A stretch of DNA of 64,000 nt from an uncultured Curtobacterium sp. (GTDB lineage Bacteria > Actinomycetota > Actinomycetes > Actinomycetales > Microbacteriaceae): the NCBI GenBank assembly GCA_913778205.1, contig CAJYUW010000046.1:51830-115829 (forward strand). The letters run 5' to 3'. The first letter of the stretch is position 1. The number at the start of each line of letters is the position of its first letter. Position numbers and translations under genes: made by a program. Positions 35,779-44,505 of the stretch are shown in pieces. The notes under the pieces are model-generated. The model was given only the letters and a program-made list of their open reading frames with translations, was not told the origin of the DNA and did no database searches.

Positions 35779-36291
35779 TCAGAGGGACTCGCGCAGTCGT
35801 TCGGCCTTCTGCTCGACGAGCCGTTCGAGGCCGTCCGCGTACGCGCGCAGACGGGCTGCGACCGCCGGGTCGGCCGAACCGATGATGCGCGCGGCGAGGA
35901 GCCCGGCGTTCGCGGCGCCGTTGATCGCCATGGTGGCCACCGGGATGCCGGCGGGCATCTGCACGATCGACAGGAGCGAGTCGAGCCCGTCCAGGCGTGC
36001 CAGCTGCACCGGGACGCCGATCACGGGGAGGGTCGTCATCGAGGCGACCATGCCCGGCAGGTGCGCCGCGCCACCCGCGCCGGCGATCACCACGCGGACG
36101 CCGCGGTCTGCGGCGCCCCGGGCGAACCGGGTCATCTTGTCGGGCGTGCGGTGCGCGGAGACGACGTCGGCCTCGAAGGGGATTCCGAGCTCGGTCAGCG
36201 TGTCCGCCGCGGCGCGCATGGTCGGCCAGTCGGAGTCCGACCCCATGATGATCGAGACGAGCGGCTGGGCGGGGGCTGCGGTGTCGGTCAC
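35779..36291 (-). CDS. purE: 5-(carboxyamino)imidazole ribonucleotide mutase
   Basis: [14 protein letters not shown]...[11 protein letters not shown]...[27 protein letters not shown] is the canonical PurE class I signature. Confidence 0.95.
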   Translation of the reverse strand: MTDTAAPAQPLVSIIMGSDSDWPTMRAAADTLTELGIPFEADVVSAHRTPDKMTRFARGAADRGVRVVIAGAGGAAHLPGMVASMTTLPVIGVPVQLARLDGLDSLLSIVQMPAGIPVATMAINGAANAGLLAARIIGSADPAVAARLRAYADGLERLVEQKAERLRESL

Positions 36292-36300
36292 GCGACGAGC

Positions 36301-37413
36301 CTAGTCGAGCAGGGCGGAGCGCCAGGTGTCGCCGTCGCCGCCGATCGTCCGCTCCGTCCGCACCCAGTGCACGACCGCGGGGTCGGCGGTCCCGGCGGTC
36401 ACGGCGGCGCGCACGGCGGTCCGCCACGCCGCGACGTCGTCCGGGACGGCCACCACGCCGTGCTCGCGCGCGACACGGTAGGACGGCCGGTCGGACACCA
36501 CCGCCGGGAGTCCGAGCGCGGTGTACTCGATGGCCTTGAGGTCGCTCTTCGCGCGGTTGAAGACCTCGTCGCGCAGCGGCGCGACCCCGGCGTGCCAGCG
36601 CTCCCGGTGGTCGACGAGCCAGCGGGCGAAGGCCGGGTAGTGCCCGTCCGGGACCTCGACGCGTCGGTACCACGCCGGGTCGTCGGCGTCCTCGGTCACG
36701 CCGATGACCTCGAGCCGGACCGGGTCGCCGTCCGGGGCCGTCAGGTCGGTGAAGACGTCGCGGAGGAGCTCGAGGTCGGCGGCGTGGGTGAGCGTGCCCA
36801 TGTACAGCACCCGGCGCTCGCCCGGCGTCCGGTCGTCGTCGGCTGCCGGGTCGCCGGGTGTCCAGATCGTGGGGTCGAGCGCGTTCGGGACGACCACGAC
36901 CCGGTGCGCCAGCGGCCGGACGAGCGTCGCGAGCTCCTCGGTGCTGACGATCACGAGGTCCGCACCCCGCACCAGGGCGTCGATCGAGGCCAGGCGGTCC
37001 GGGTCGTACTCGGCGCGGGCCAGACGGTCCCGACCGGAGTCGGTGAAGAAGTCGTCGTCGACCTCCGCCGCGACCCGGGTCCCCCGCGCGGCCGCTGCGG
37101 CGAGGAACGGGGCGACCAGCCCACGCGGCAGGACGTCGCGCTGCACGACGACGGCCCGGTACGCGGTGGGGTCGGCGCCGTCGACGAACGCGACCGGGTC
37201 GACCTGCCGGACCGCGGCGGCGCCGGTCCGTGCGAGGTGCTCGGTGCGCCGGACGACCCGGACGTGCGCGGACGCGGGGTGCGCGCCCCCGCCGCCGGCG
37301 ACGACGTAGCCGAGGACGGGCAGCTCCGGCGGTGTCGTCGGGACGGCCGGGCGCGCTCCGGTCAGGGTGCGCCGGAGTCGGCGGGCGGCACGGCGGACGA
37401 GATCACGCGGCAT
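36301..37413 (-). CDS. GT1/GT-B-like glycosyltransferase of unknown specificity
   Basis: ATG 37413 (MPRDLVRRAARRL). The C-terminal half VLYMGTLTHAADL...NRAKSDLKAIEYTALGLPAVVSD resembles a GT-B nucleotide-sugar-binding half. It sits between purK and purE. Confidence 0.55.
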   Translation of the reverse strand: MPRDLVRRAARRLRRTLTGARPAVPTTPPELPVLGYVVAGGGGAHPASAHVRVVRRTEHLARTGAAAVRQVDPVAFVDGADPTAYRAVVVQRDVLPRGLVAPFLAAAAARGTRVAAEVDDDFFTDSGRDRLARAEYDPDRLASIDALVRGADLVIVSTEELATLVRPLAHRVVVVPNALDPTIWTPGDPAADDDRTPGERRVLYMGTLTHAADLELLRDVFTDLTAPDGDPVRLEVIGVTEDADDPAWYRRVEVPDGHYPAFARWLVDHRERWHAGVAPLRDEVFNRAKSDLKAIEYTALGLPAVVSDRPSYRVAREHGVVAVPDDVAAWRTAVRAAVTAGTADPAVVHWVRTERTIGGDGDTWRSALLD

Positions 37414-37430
37414 GCAGCCATCCTCCCGCA

Positions 37431-37540
37431 CCCCGACCCGGACCCGAACCGAACCGACCCGACCCGGCAAACTCGGACCCCGACACGACCCGACCCGACC
37501 CGACCCGACGACCTCGGGCCCGGACCCGACCCGGCCCGAG
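37431..37540. repeat. pentanucleotide (GACCC)n-type microsatellite / low-complexity tract
   Basis: There is a perfect run gacccgacccgacccgacccgac at 37487..37509 inside a longer ccgac/ccgaa-rich stretch. It lies directly upstream of the GT1-like gene start (37413) and downstream of the GH6 stop. Confidence 0.85.
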
Positions 37541-37639
37541 CGCACACGCACGCCCGCACCCCCGCGCACGCCCGCGCACGCCCGTCAGCGCACCGACACC
37601 GCCGCGCACGGCAGCCCGGACGCCCCGCCCAGCCGCGCG

Positions 37640-39004
37640 TCAGCGCACCGAGACCGCGACGCACCCCATCGACGTGTCCCCGCCCCGGCCGATCCCGACC
37701 GCCGTGAGGCACACGCTCCGCCGACCGCTCGACACCGCCACCGTCCCCCGGAACCCGTGGTTCCGGCCGACCCGGTGCACCCGGTCGACGTCGGGCCGCG
37801 AGGCGTCGGCCGTCACGGTCCCGACGACCTTCCCGCCGACCGTGACCCGAACCGTCACGGACCTCGACGGGTCGTCGCGGTCGAACGCCCACCCCGCCAC
37901 CGTGACACGGCGCGTCGCGGCCGACGAGACCGCGTCACGGTGCGCCGTCGGGGCGACGGCGGGTGCCGGCCGGGTCGTCGCCGGCGACGCGACCGCCGAC
38001 CCGAGACGAGCGTTCGCGACGAGGGACTCCGCGGACGCGGACCACCACGCACCGGCCACGGGGCCGCCGTTGCACGTGCCGTCGCTCGCGCCCGGCGTCT
38101 TCACCCAGAGCAACGCGTCGAGCGCGGACCCGTCGGTCACGATCCGCGGCGACGTGCCGAGGCCGGCGCCGGGCCCGTTGCACCAGGTGCCGCGCCAGCC
38201 CTGGCCGTTCCGCGACGTGTCGATCACGTAGTGGGAGCCGCCGGTCGCGGCCGACACCTTCTGCGCGTACGCCTGCTCCTGCGCCGTCGGGTAGTAGTTC
38301 GCGACGTTGGTGAAGAACCCCCGCGCACGCTGCACGCCGGCGTTCTCGAGCCGTGCCGCCATCACCGCCGGCGGGACCCAGTTCGAGTTGCCGGCGTCGA
38401 GGTAGGCCGGGACGCCGACGGCCGTGAACGCGGCGACCTCACGGGCGAGGATGCGGTAGCGCTGCGCGTCGAGGCTGTCGCTGCAGGCACTGTTGCTGAG
38501 CATCGCGAGGGAGTCGGGCTCGACGATCACGGCAGCGCGGTGCCCGGCGACACGGGCGACGATCTGGTCCACCCAGGCGTCGTACGTGCGCTCGTCGAAG
38601 CCGCCCGCCGAGTACCCGCCACAGTCACGGTGCGGGATGGCGTAGGTGACGAACACCGGCGTGGTGCCCGTCCGCTCCGCACCCGCGACCGCCGCGTCGA
38701 TCGTCCTCGTCAGGGTCGTGCCCTGCGTCCAGTCCCCGAGCCAGGTGGCGACCGGGTACCGCGCGATGGTCCTCGCCGCCGCGGCGCCGTCGGGGTCGCT
38801 GGTGGCGAGGGCGGTCGCCTGCCTCGCCGCCTCGCTGGTGTCGGACCGGTACGGCCCGGCGGCGTACAACGACGAGGTGCTGGCGCCGCGGATCGCCGCG
38901 GCGCTCGTCGCGGCCCCTGCCGTCATCGGGGCGAGCGCGCCGGCCGCGAGCGCGACGAAGGCGGTCACCGCCCCCGCGGTGGCGAACAGACCGGCGCGGC
39001 GCAT
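37640..39004 (-). CDS. secreted glycoside hydrolase family 6 (beta-1,4-glucanase-type) with a C-terminal RGWAxDxD-type module
   Basis: ATG 39004 after GGGAG, plus a signal peptide. GH6 motifs present: YAIPHRDCGGYSAGG, VIVEPDSLAM, YLDAGNSNW, FFTNVANY, IDTSRNGQGW, LWVKTPGASDG. The C-terminus VAGWAFDRDDPS...NHGF...SVCLTAV matches the repeats of 13131..15563. Confidence 0.9.
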   Translation of the reverse strand: MRRAGLFATAGAVTAFVALAAGALAPMTAGAATSAAAIRGASTSSLYAAGPYRSDTSEAARQATALATSDPDGAAAARTIARYPVATWLGDWTQGTTLTRTIDAAVAGAERTGTTPVFVTYAIPHRDCGGYSAGGFDERTYDAWVDQIVARVAGHRAAVIVEPDSLAMLSNSACSDSLDAQRYRILAREVAAFTAVGVPAYLDAGNSNWVPPAVMAARLENAGVQRARGFFTNVANYYPTAQEQAYAQKVSAATGGSHYVIDTSRNGQGWRGTWCNGPGAGLGTSPRIVTDGSALDALLWVKTPGASDGTCNGGPVAGAWWSASAESLVANARLGSAVASPATTRPAPAVAPTAHRDAVSSAATRRVTVAGWAFDRDDPSRSVTVRVTVGGKVVGTVTADASRPDVDRVHRVGRNHGFRGTVAVSSGRRSVCLTAVGIGRGGDTSMGCVAVSVR

Positions 39005-39154
39005 GACGAACTCCCTGGTGGACGACGGACCCCTGACGGTCCATGGGAGCACGTGGCACGGTGCTGTCGCATGCGCCAGATCGGGTGGCACCCGAGCGGG
39101 TGTCCGCTCTTCTGGGGACCGTCGCGGCGCCGTCCCGGGCGCACGCCGTCACGG

Positions 39155-39193
39155 TCGGGAGGCACGGTGCGGGCCCGCACCGGGCCTCCCGTC
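39155..39193. repeat. palindromic element family B, copy 2 (one internal mismatch)
   Basis: tcgggaggcacggtgcggg|cccgcaccgggcctcccg shares the GGGAGGCACGGTGC / GCACCG.GCCTCCCGTCCG arms with copy 1. It lies just downstream of the purK stop (39222) and upstream of the GH6 start (39004). Confidence 0.75.
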
Positions 39194-39221
39194 CGCCGTC
39201 ACCGGCGTCCCGACCGCGACC

Positions 39222-40358
39222 TCAGTCGTCGAAGTGGGCTGCTGCTGCCCGCGCGCGGTAGGTGACGTCGTCGAGGTCGTCACCGATGACGGTGACGTGT
39301 CCGACCTTGCGACCGGGCCGCGGCGCCTTGCCGTAGAAGTGGTACTTGGCCTCCGGGAACGCCCGGAGCGCGCGTGGGTACCGGCCGGCGAGGTCGCCGT
39401 CCGCCGGTCCACCGAGCACGTTGACCATGACCGCGGCCGGCGCGAACGCGCCGGTGGCGCCGAGCGGCAGGTCGAGGACGGCACGCAGGTGCTGCTCGAA
39501 CTGGCTCGTGGTGGCGCCGTCGATGGTCCAGTGGCCGGTGTTGTGCGGTCGCATCGCCAGCTCGTTGATGAGGATCCGCTCGTCGGCGGTCTGGAACAGC
39601 TCGACCGCGAGCACACCCGTCACGCCGAGCTCGGTCGCGATCCGGACGGCGATGTCCTCGGCCGCGTCCGCGATCCGTCCGGCGCTGTCCGGAGCGGGGG
39701 CGAAGACCTCCGCGCAGACCCCGTCGCGCTGCACCGTCTCGACGAGCGGCCAGGCGACGACCTCGCCGGAGGGACTCCGGGCGACCGACTGCGCGAGCTC
39801 GCGGGTGAAGGGCACGAGCTCCTCGACGAGGAGCGCCTGCCCGCCGCCCGCCTCGGCCACGGCGGTGAACCAGTCGGCGACGTCCGCCGGGTCGGACACC
39901 ACCCGGACGCCCTTGCCGTCGTAGCCGCCGCGGGCGGTCTTCACCACGGCGCGTCCGGCGTGGTCGTCGAGGAAGGCACGCAGTTCGTCCGGGTCCTGCA
40001 CGGCAGCCCAGTCCGGCACCGGCAACCCGAGCTCGGACAGGCGTCGGCGCATCGTGATCTTGTCCTGGGCGACCGCGAGCGGCTCCGGGCCGGGGTGCAC
40101 GGCGACGCCGGCGTCGACGAGCGCGCGGAGGACGTCCTGCGGGACGTGTTCGTGGTCGAACGTGACGACGTCGACGTCGCGGGCGAACGCGAGCACCGTC
40201 CCGACGTCGTGGTAGTCGCCCTCCGCCGTGGCCGCGATGCCGGCGGACATGCCCGGCCCCTCGGCCAGTACCCGGATGTCGAGGCCCAGCTCGACCGCGG
40301 CCGGCACCATCATCCGTGCCAGCTGTCCCCCACCGATGACCCCGACGCGCAACGCCAT
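39222..40358 (-). CDS. purK: N5-carboxyaminoimidazole ribonucleotide synthase
   Basis: VGVIGGGQLARMM...FDHEHVP...ATP-grasp core...GRKVGHVTV is the PurK signature. Confidence 0.95.
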   Translation of the reverse strand: MALRVGVIGGGQLARMMVPAAVELGLDIRVLAEGPGMSAGIAATAEGDYHDVGTVLAFARDVDVVTFDHEHVPQDVLRALVDAGVAVHPGPEPLAVAQDKITMRRRLSELGLPVPDWAAVQDPDELRAFLDDHAGRAVVKTARGGYDGKGVRVVSDPADVADWFTAVAEAGGGQALLVEELVPFTRELAQSVARSPSGEVVAWPLVETVQRDGVCAEVFAPAPDSAGRIADAAEDIAVRIATELGVTGVLAVELFQTADERILINELAMRPHNTGHWTIDGATTSQFEQHLRAVLDLPLGATGAFAPAAVMVNVLGGPADGDLAGRYPRALRAFPEAKYHFYGKAPRPGRKVGHVTVIGDDLDDVTYRARAAAAHFDD

Positions 40359-40407
40359 GCTGTGTGTTCCTTCCGTCGCTCACACCGAACGGTCCGAGCG
40401 CCCTGTC

Positions 40408-40413
40408 TAGAAT
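40408..40413 (+). promoter_or_regulatory. -10-like hexamer TAGAAT in the purK/gtrA divergent region
   Basis: TANNNT about 58 nt upstream of GTG 40472, embedded in the tctaga palindrome. Confidence 0.3.
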
Positions 40414-40471
40414 CGACCTCCGGGCCGCCCGCTGGGTGGCCCGTGACAACTCTACGGACCCTGGAGACACC

Positions 40472-40969
40472 GTGCGCCGACTCATCGCCCAGCTCGCCCG
40501 CTTCGGGGTGGTGGGGGCCGTGGGCTTCGTGGTCGACACCGCGGTGTTCAACCTCCTGCGGTTCACCGTGCTCTCCCCGGACGAGATCCACTCCGGCCCG
40601 TTCTGGGCGAAGGTCGTGTCGACGATCGTCGCGATCTTCGTGAACTGGATGGGCAACCGCTACTGGACGTTCCGCGACCAGCGCCGTGCCGTGGCCACGC
40701 GCGAGGGCATCGAGTTCGTCGTGGTCTCGCTCGGCGGCATGGTGATCGCGCTCGCGACGCTCGGCGTCTCGCACTACGCGATGGGCCTGACCTCGGCGCT
40801 GGCGGACAACGTCGCGAACATCATCGGCCTCGGACTCGGCACCGTCTTCCGCTTCTGGCTCTACAAGGTGTGGGTGTACCATCCCGACCGGACCGCGGCG
40901 GCGCAGGCCGGGCCGGTCGTCGCCGGCGCCCAGCCCGTCACCGCCCGCTCGGAGGCCGCAGGGCAGTAG
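40472..40969 (+). CDS. GtrA-family membrane protein
   Basis: GTG 40472 after GGAG. ARFGVVGAVGFVVDTAVFNLL...NRYWTFR...RFWLYKVWVY gives the GtrA family motifs with 4 TM helices. It occupies the same position next to purK as Rv3277 in M. tuberculosis. Confidence 0.85.
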   Translation: MRRLIAQLARFGVVGAVGFVVDTAVFNLLRFTVLSPDEIHSGPFWAKVVSTIVAIFVNWMGNRYWTFRDQRRAVATREGIEFVVVSLGGMVIALATLGVSHYAMGLTSALADNVANIIGLGLGTVFRFWLYKVWVYHPDRTAAAQAGPVVAGAQPVTARSEAAGQ

Positions 40970-41003
40970 GCGCGGTGCCGGCGGTGTGCTGCCCGACGGT
41001 CAG

Positions 41004-41009
41004 TAGGAT
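41004..41009 (+). promoter_or_regulatory. -10-like hexamer TAGGAT, 6 nt before GTG 41016 (leaderless candidate)
   Basis: Same TANNNT-N6-GTG geometry as at 1589 and 47335. Confidence 0.35.
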
Positions 41010-41015
41010 CGCCGG

Positions 41016-42611
41016 GTGACGAACCCGATCGCCCGCGACCACCCGACGATCGGCCGTCCGGAGGCGTGGACGATCGCGCTCACCACGGTCGCGTTCAGCG
41101 CCTGGCTCGTGCTGTGGGCCGTCGTGGTGCCCGCGTTCCAGGCCCCCGACGAGATCGCGCACTTCGACGCCGCGCTCCAGCTCGCGACGGGCGCCGGATG
41201 GCCCGCGCCGGGCACGATGCACGTCACGAACGCCGTGCTCGCAGCAGTCCGCGAGCAGGGTTCGGGTCCCGCGGCCGACTGGTCGACCGTCACCGCGCTC
41301 CTGGCCGCCCACCCCGGCCCGTCGAGCACCGTGAACCAGATGTCGCAGCACCCGCCGACCGCGTACCTCGTCGACGCCGCGGTGCTCCGCGTGCTGCACT
41401 TCGGGTCGCTCCGCTGGGACCACGCCCTCGTCGCCCTGCGCCTGGTCGACGCCGTCGCGGTGACGCCGCTCGCGCTGCTGGCGTGGGCGTCCGTCCGTCG
41501 GGTCACGCGGTCGCCGCGCGCCGCGCTCGTCGGTGCCGTCGCGCTGTTCGCCGTGCCGCAGCTCGCGTCGATCGCGGCGTCGGTGACGAACGACGCGCCG
41601 GTGCTGCTGCTCGGCGGGGTCGTGGTGTGGCTCACCGCCCGCGTGCTCACGGGCGACACGCACCGCCGGGTCCTCGTCGCCCTCGCCCTCGCGCTCGGCG
41701 TCCTCGTCGCGACCAAGGGCACGGGGCTCCCGGCGCTGCCCGCGGTCGCACTGGCCCTGCTGGTCGCCGGGGCCGGGGGCGGGTCCGGCGCGACGACGGC
41801 TCCGGATGCAGGACCACGTTCGACGGGCCCGGGCGCCCGCGTCCTCCGGACGGTCCTCGTGGTGGGCGCCGCCGCCGTCATCGGCGGCTGGTGGTGGGTC
41901 CGCAACCTGGTTCGGTACGGCACGCTCCAGCCCGACGGCTATGCCGGGATCCGTCCGGACCAGGCGTTCCCGGCCGGCAGCGGCCCGTCGGTGCTGCACT
42001 TCCTCGACGTCTCGTGGGGGACGATCGCCCGGACCTTCTGGGGCAGCGTCGGTGCCCGGGCCCAGGTCTCGATCGGGGACCTCCTCACGGCGGTGCTCAC
42101 CGTGGTGACGCTCGTCGTCGTCGTCGGCTGGGGCTTCCGCCGCGCGCCGGAGCGCCGCACGGTCGCGGTGCTCGCGGTCTTCCCCGCACTGCTCGTGCTG
42201 CTGCAGACCGCGAGCAGCTGGCGCGCCTACCTCGACACGACGGCGGTGGCGGGGACGCAGGGCCGGTACTTCTTCCCCGGCCTCGTCGCGCTGCTCGTGC
42301 TCAGCGCGGTCGCGTGGCGCCGACTGTCCGGGGGCGCCCGCGTCGGTCGCGTCGTCGGGTCGGTCCTCGCGTGCGTCCTCCCCGTGGTCGGCCTGTACGG
42401 CCTCGCGGTCGCGGCCGGCTGGTTCTGGAACGCCGCGACCGGGCCGGTGAGCGCGGCGTCGGTCGCACGCTACGAGGCGTCCGGGCCCGTCCCGTTCGCG
42501 GTCGTGGTCGCCGTGGCGGCCGTGGTCGCCGTCGCACTGCCCACCGGGGTCGTGCGCGCGGCCCGGCACGGAGCGCCGGGCCGCGTCGGGGTCACGACCG
42601 AGCGACCTTGA
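41016..42611 (+). CDS. DUF2142-type polytopic membrane protein (putative GT-C-like)
   Basis: PAFQAPDEIAHFDAA near the N-terminus is the DUF2142 hallmark. There are more than 10 TM helices. TAGGAT-N6-GTG suggests a leaderless start. Confidence 0.6.
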   Translation: MTNPIARDHPTIGRPEAWTIALTTVAFSAWLVLWAVVVPAFQAPDEIAHFDAALQLATGAGWPAPGTMHVTNAVLAAVREQGSGPAADWSTVTALLAAHPGPSSTVNQMSQHPPTAYLVDAAVLRVLHFGSLRWDHALVALRLVDAVAVTPLALLAWASVRRVTRSPRAALVGAVALFAVPQLASIAASVTNDAPVLLLGGVVVWLTARVLTGDTHRRVLVALALALGVLVATKGTGLPALPAVALALLVAGAGGGSGATTAPDAGPRSTGPGARVLRTVLVVGAAAVIGGWWWVRNLVRYGTLQPDGYAGIRPDQAFPAGSGPSVLHFLDVSWGTIARTFWGSVGARAQVSIGDLLTAVLTVVTLVVVVGWGFRRAPERRTVAVLAVFPALLVLLQTASSWRAYLDTTAVAGTQGRYFFPGLVALLVLSAVAWRRLSGGARVGRVVGSVLACVLPVVGLYGLAVAAGWFWNAATGPVSAASVARYEASGPVPFAVVVAVAAVVAVALPTGVVRAARHGAPGRVGVTTERP

Positions 42612-44481
42612 CCACGTCGACGAGGCACGGCTGCACCGGCGCCGACTTGATGTCCTGGCAGGTCTGCTCGACGGGGAACGAACCGACCAGCTCACCGATC
42701 GCTGAGTAGTCCCGCTCACGCGCGTCCGTCGGGCCGCGGTACTGCAGGAAGTACTCGACACCGGAGCGCTGCATGAGGTCGACGAACGCCGGGTCCTGGT
42801 AGTCGTAGCGCTGCCCGGCCTCGCCGTAGGCGTGCAGCCCCAGGCGGAACGCGACCCGGACCGTGTCGCGGGCGTTCGTGCCGAGCACGGTGCTGCCCGC
42901 GGGGATCGTGTGGTTCGCGTCGAGGAGCTGCACGAGCGGCTCGTCCGGCACGATCACCCCACCGAGGACCTGTCCGCGTTCGATGCCGGCCGGGCTCGTG
43001 TCCATCGTCGAGAAGGGCGCCCGCACGCCGTTGACGTTCTGGCTGTACGCCGCCACGACCACGGTCGCGCACGCGACGATCGCCAGCCCGCGACGGACCC
43101 AGGTCCCCCGCCGTGCGGCGCGCCAGATCGTCGGCAGGAGGGCGCCGGCGATGAGCACCGATCCGGTGAAGAGCGGCAGGTAGTACCGCGAGTTGCCGCC
43201 GAGCGTGTCCACCGTGGCGATGCCCGCGTAGCCGAGCAGGTAGACGCCGGACGACAGGGCGACGATGCCCGCGAACACGAAGCGTCGGTAGTGCGCGGCG
43301 CCGATCGCGAGCGCGGCGACGTAGGCTGCGCCGATCGCCAGCGCGAACGGCGCGAAGGAGCCGATGCGGGCGAAGTAGAACGGGATCGCCTCGATGCGCT
43401 CGTGGACGTAGTAGCGGACCTTGCCGACGAGGGTCGTCGTGTGGCTCGTCGTCGGCGCCGCTGGGGTGTTCGCCGCGGGGGCGAGCGGCTCGGCACGCTC
43501 CGCGGTGCGCACGCCCGCGTCGTAGAGGGAAGGCGTGCGGTCCTCGTTCGGGGAGACCGCGAGCGGGTTCGGCGGCGACGGGATGCGGTACTCCCCGGCG
43601 TCGGTCGAGTCCGTGTCCGAGAACTTGCCGGAGACGTTCACGGTCAGGGACGAACCGACCTCGAACCCGCCGAACTTCGCCGACAGGGCGATCACCCACG
43701 GCGCGGAGAACGCCACGACGGCGACGAGCGCGACCGCCGGCAGCAGCAGCGACCGTCGCTCCCGGTGGTCACGGCGGTCCTGGCACCAGCGGATGAGCGC
43801 CCAGAGGGGCACCACGACGAGGAACACCGGCACGAGGAACGCCTTCGTGCAGTAGCCGAGCGCGCACACGGCCCCGAGGAGCACGCCGGTGAGGACGATC
43901 CGCCGCACCGACCCGTGCCAGGCCCGGTCGGCCGCGAGCAGCGCCCAGACGAACACCAGGCTCCACAGCAGCACCAGGACGTCGGGCGTCTGCAGGCTGA
44001 CGTTCGCGATGAGCAGGGGCGACACCGCGAGGATCGACCACGCGGCGGTCCAGCCGTTGCCGGTGGTGCGGAGGAGGAGCCAGGCCCCGATGCCGAGGAT
44101 CGCGATGCTCGCGACCAGGTTCACGACCCCGAAGGCCGTGGTCTGCCCGAGTCCCACGGCGATGAGCGGCGCCATCAGCCACGACACCAGTGGCGACCAG
44201 TACCCGTTGACCGCGTCGCCCCAGTGACCGGTGGCGTACTGCTGCGCGATCGACATGTAGGAGATGCCGTCGATGTTCGTGACCTCGAGGCGCGTCCGGT
44301 AGGTCACGAACGCGAGCACGACGGCGGCGACCGCCAGCAGTGCGGCGTTGCCGAGGATCGACCGCGTCGACGGGTGGCGCCCCTCGTGGAACGCGCCCGC
44401 CGAGCGGCGCCGGCCGTGGTCGGCGGCCGGTGCGGTCGCGACGGCGTGGTCCTCGGCGACGGTCGTGCTGGTGATCGTCAT
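42592..44481 (-). CDS. ArnT/PMT-family-like GT-C glycosyltransferase membrane protein
   Basis: 629 aa. The N-terminal loop is DGISYMSIAQQYATGHWGDAVNGYWSPLVSWL, followed by ~10 TM helices and a C-terminal soluble domain. Its 3' end overlaps the convergent DUF2142 gene by 20 nt. Confidence 0.6.
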   Translation of the reverse strand: MTITSTTVAEDHAVATAPAADHGRRRSAGAFHEGRHPSTRSILGNAALLAVAAVVLAFVTYRTRLEVTNIDGISYMSIAQQYATGHWGDAVNGYWSPLVSWLMAPLIAVGLGQTTAFGVVNLVASIAILGIGAWLLLRTTGNGWTAAWSILAVSPLLIANVSLQTPDVLVLLWSLVFVWALLAADRAWHGSVRRIVLTGVLLGAVCALGYCTKAFLVPVFLVVVPLWALIRWCQDRRDHRERRSLLLPAVALVAVVAFSAPWVIALSAKFGGFEVGSSLTVNVSGKFSDTDSTDAGEYRIPSPPNPLAVSPNEDRTPSLYDAGVRTAERAEPLAPAANTPAAPTTSHTTTLVGKVRYYVHERIEAIPFYFARIGSFAPFALAIGAAYVAALAIGAAHYRRFVFAGIVALSSGVYLLGYAGIATVDTLGGNSRYYLPLFTGSVLIAGALLPTIWRAARRGTWVRRGLAIVACATVVVAAYSQNVNGVRAPFSTMDTSPAGIERGQVLGGVIVPDEPLVQLLDANHTIPAGSTVLGTNARDTVRVAFRLGLHAYGEAGQRYDYQDPAFVDLMQRSGVEYFLQYRGPTDARERDYSAIGELVGSFPVEQTCQDIKSAPVQPCLVDVVKVARS

Positions 44482-44505
44482 GTGTCCTTCCCCGGGCGAG
44501 GCGGC

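Noticed and set aside
36301-39004. Interpreting GH6 + GT as a bacterial cellulose synthase (bcs) operon
   Set aside because: The GT is GT-B/GT1-like, not a BcsA-type membrane GT2 with a PilZ domain. No BcsB/C-like genes are present, and bcs operons use a GH8 (BcsZ) enzyme rather than GH6.
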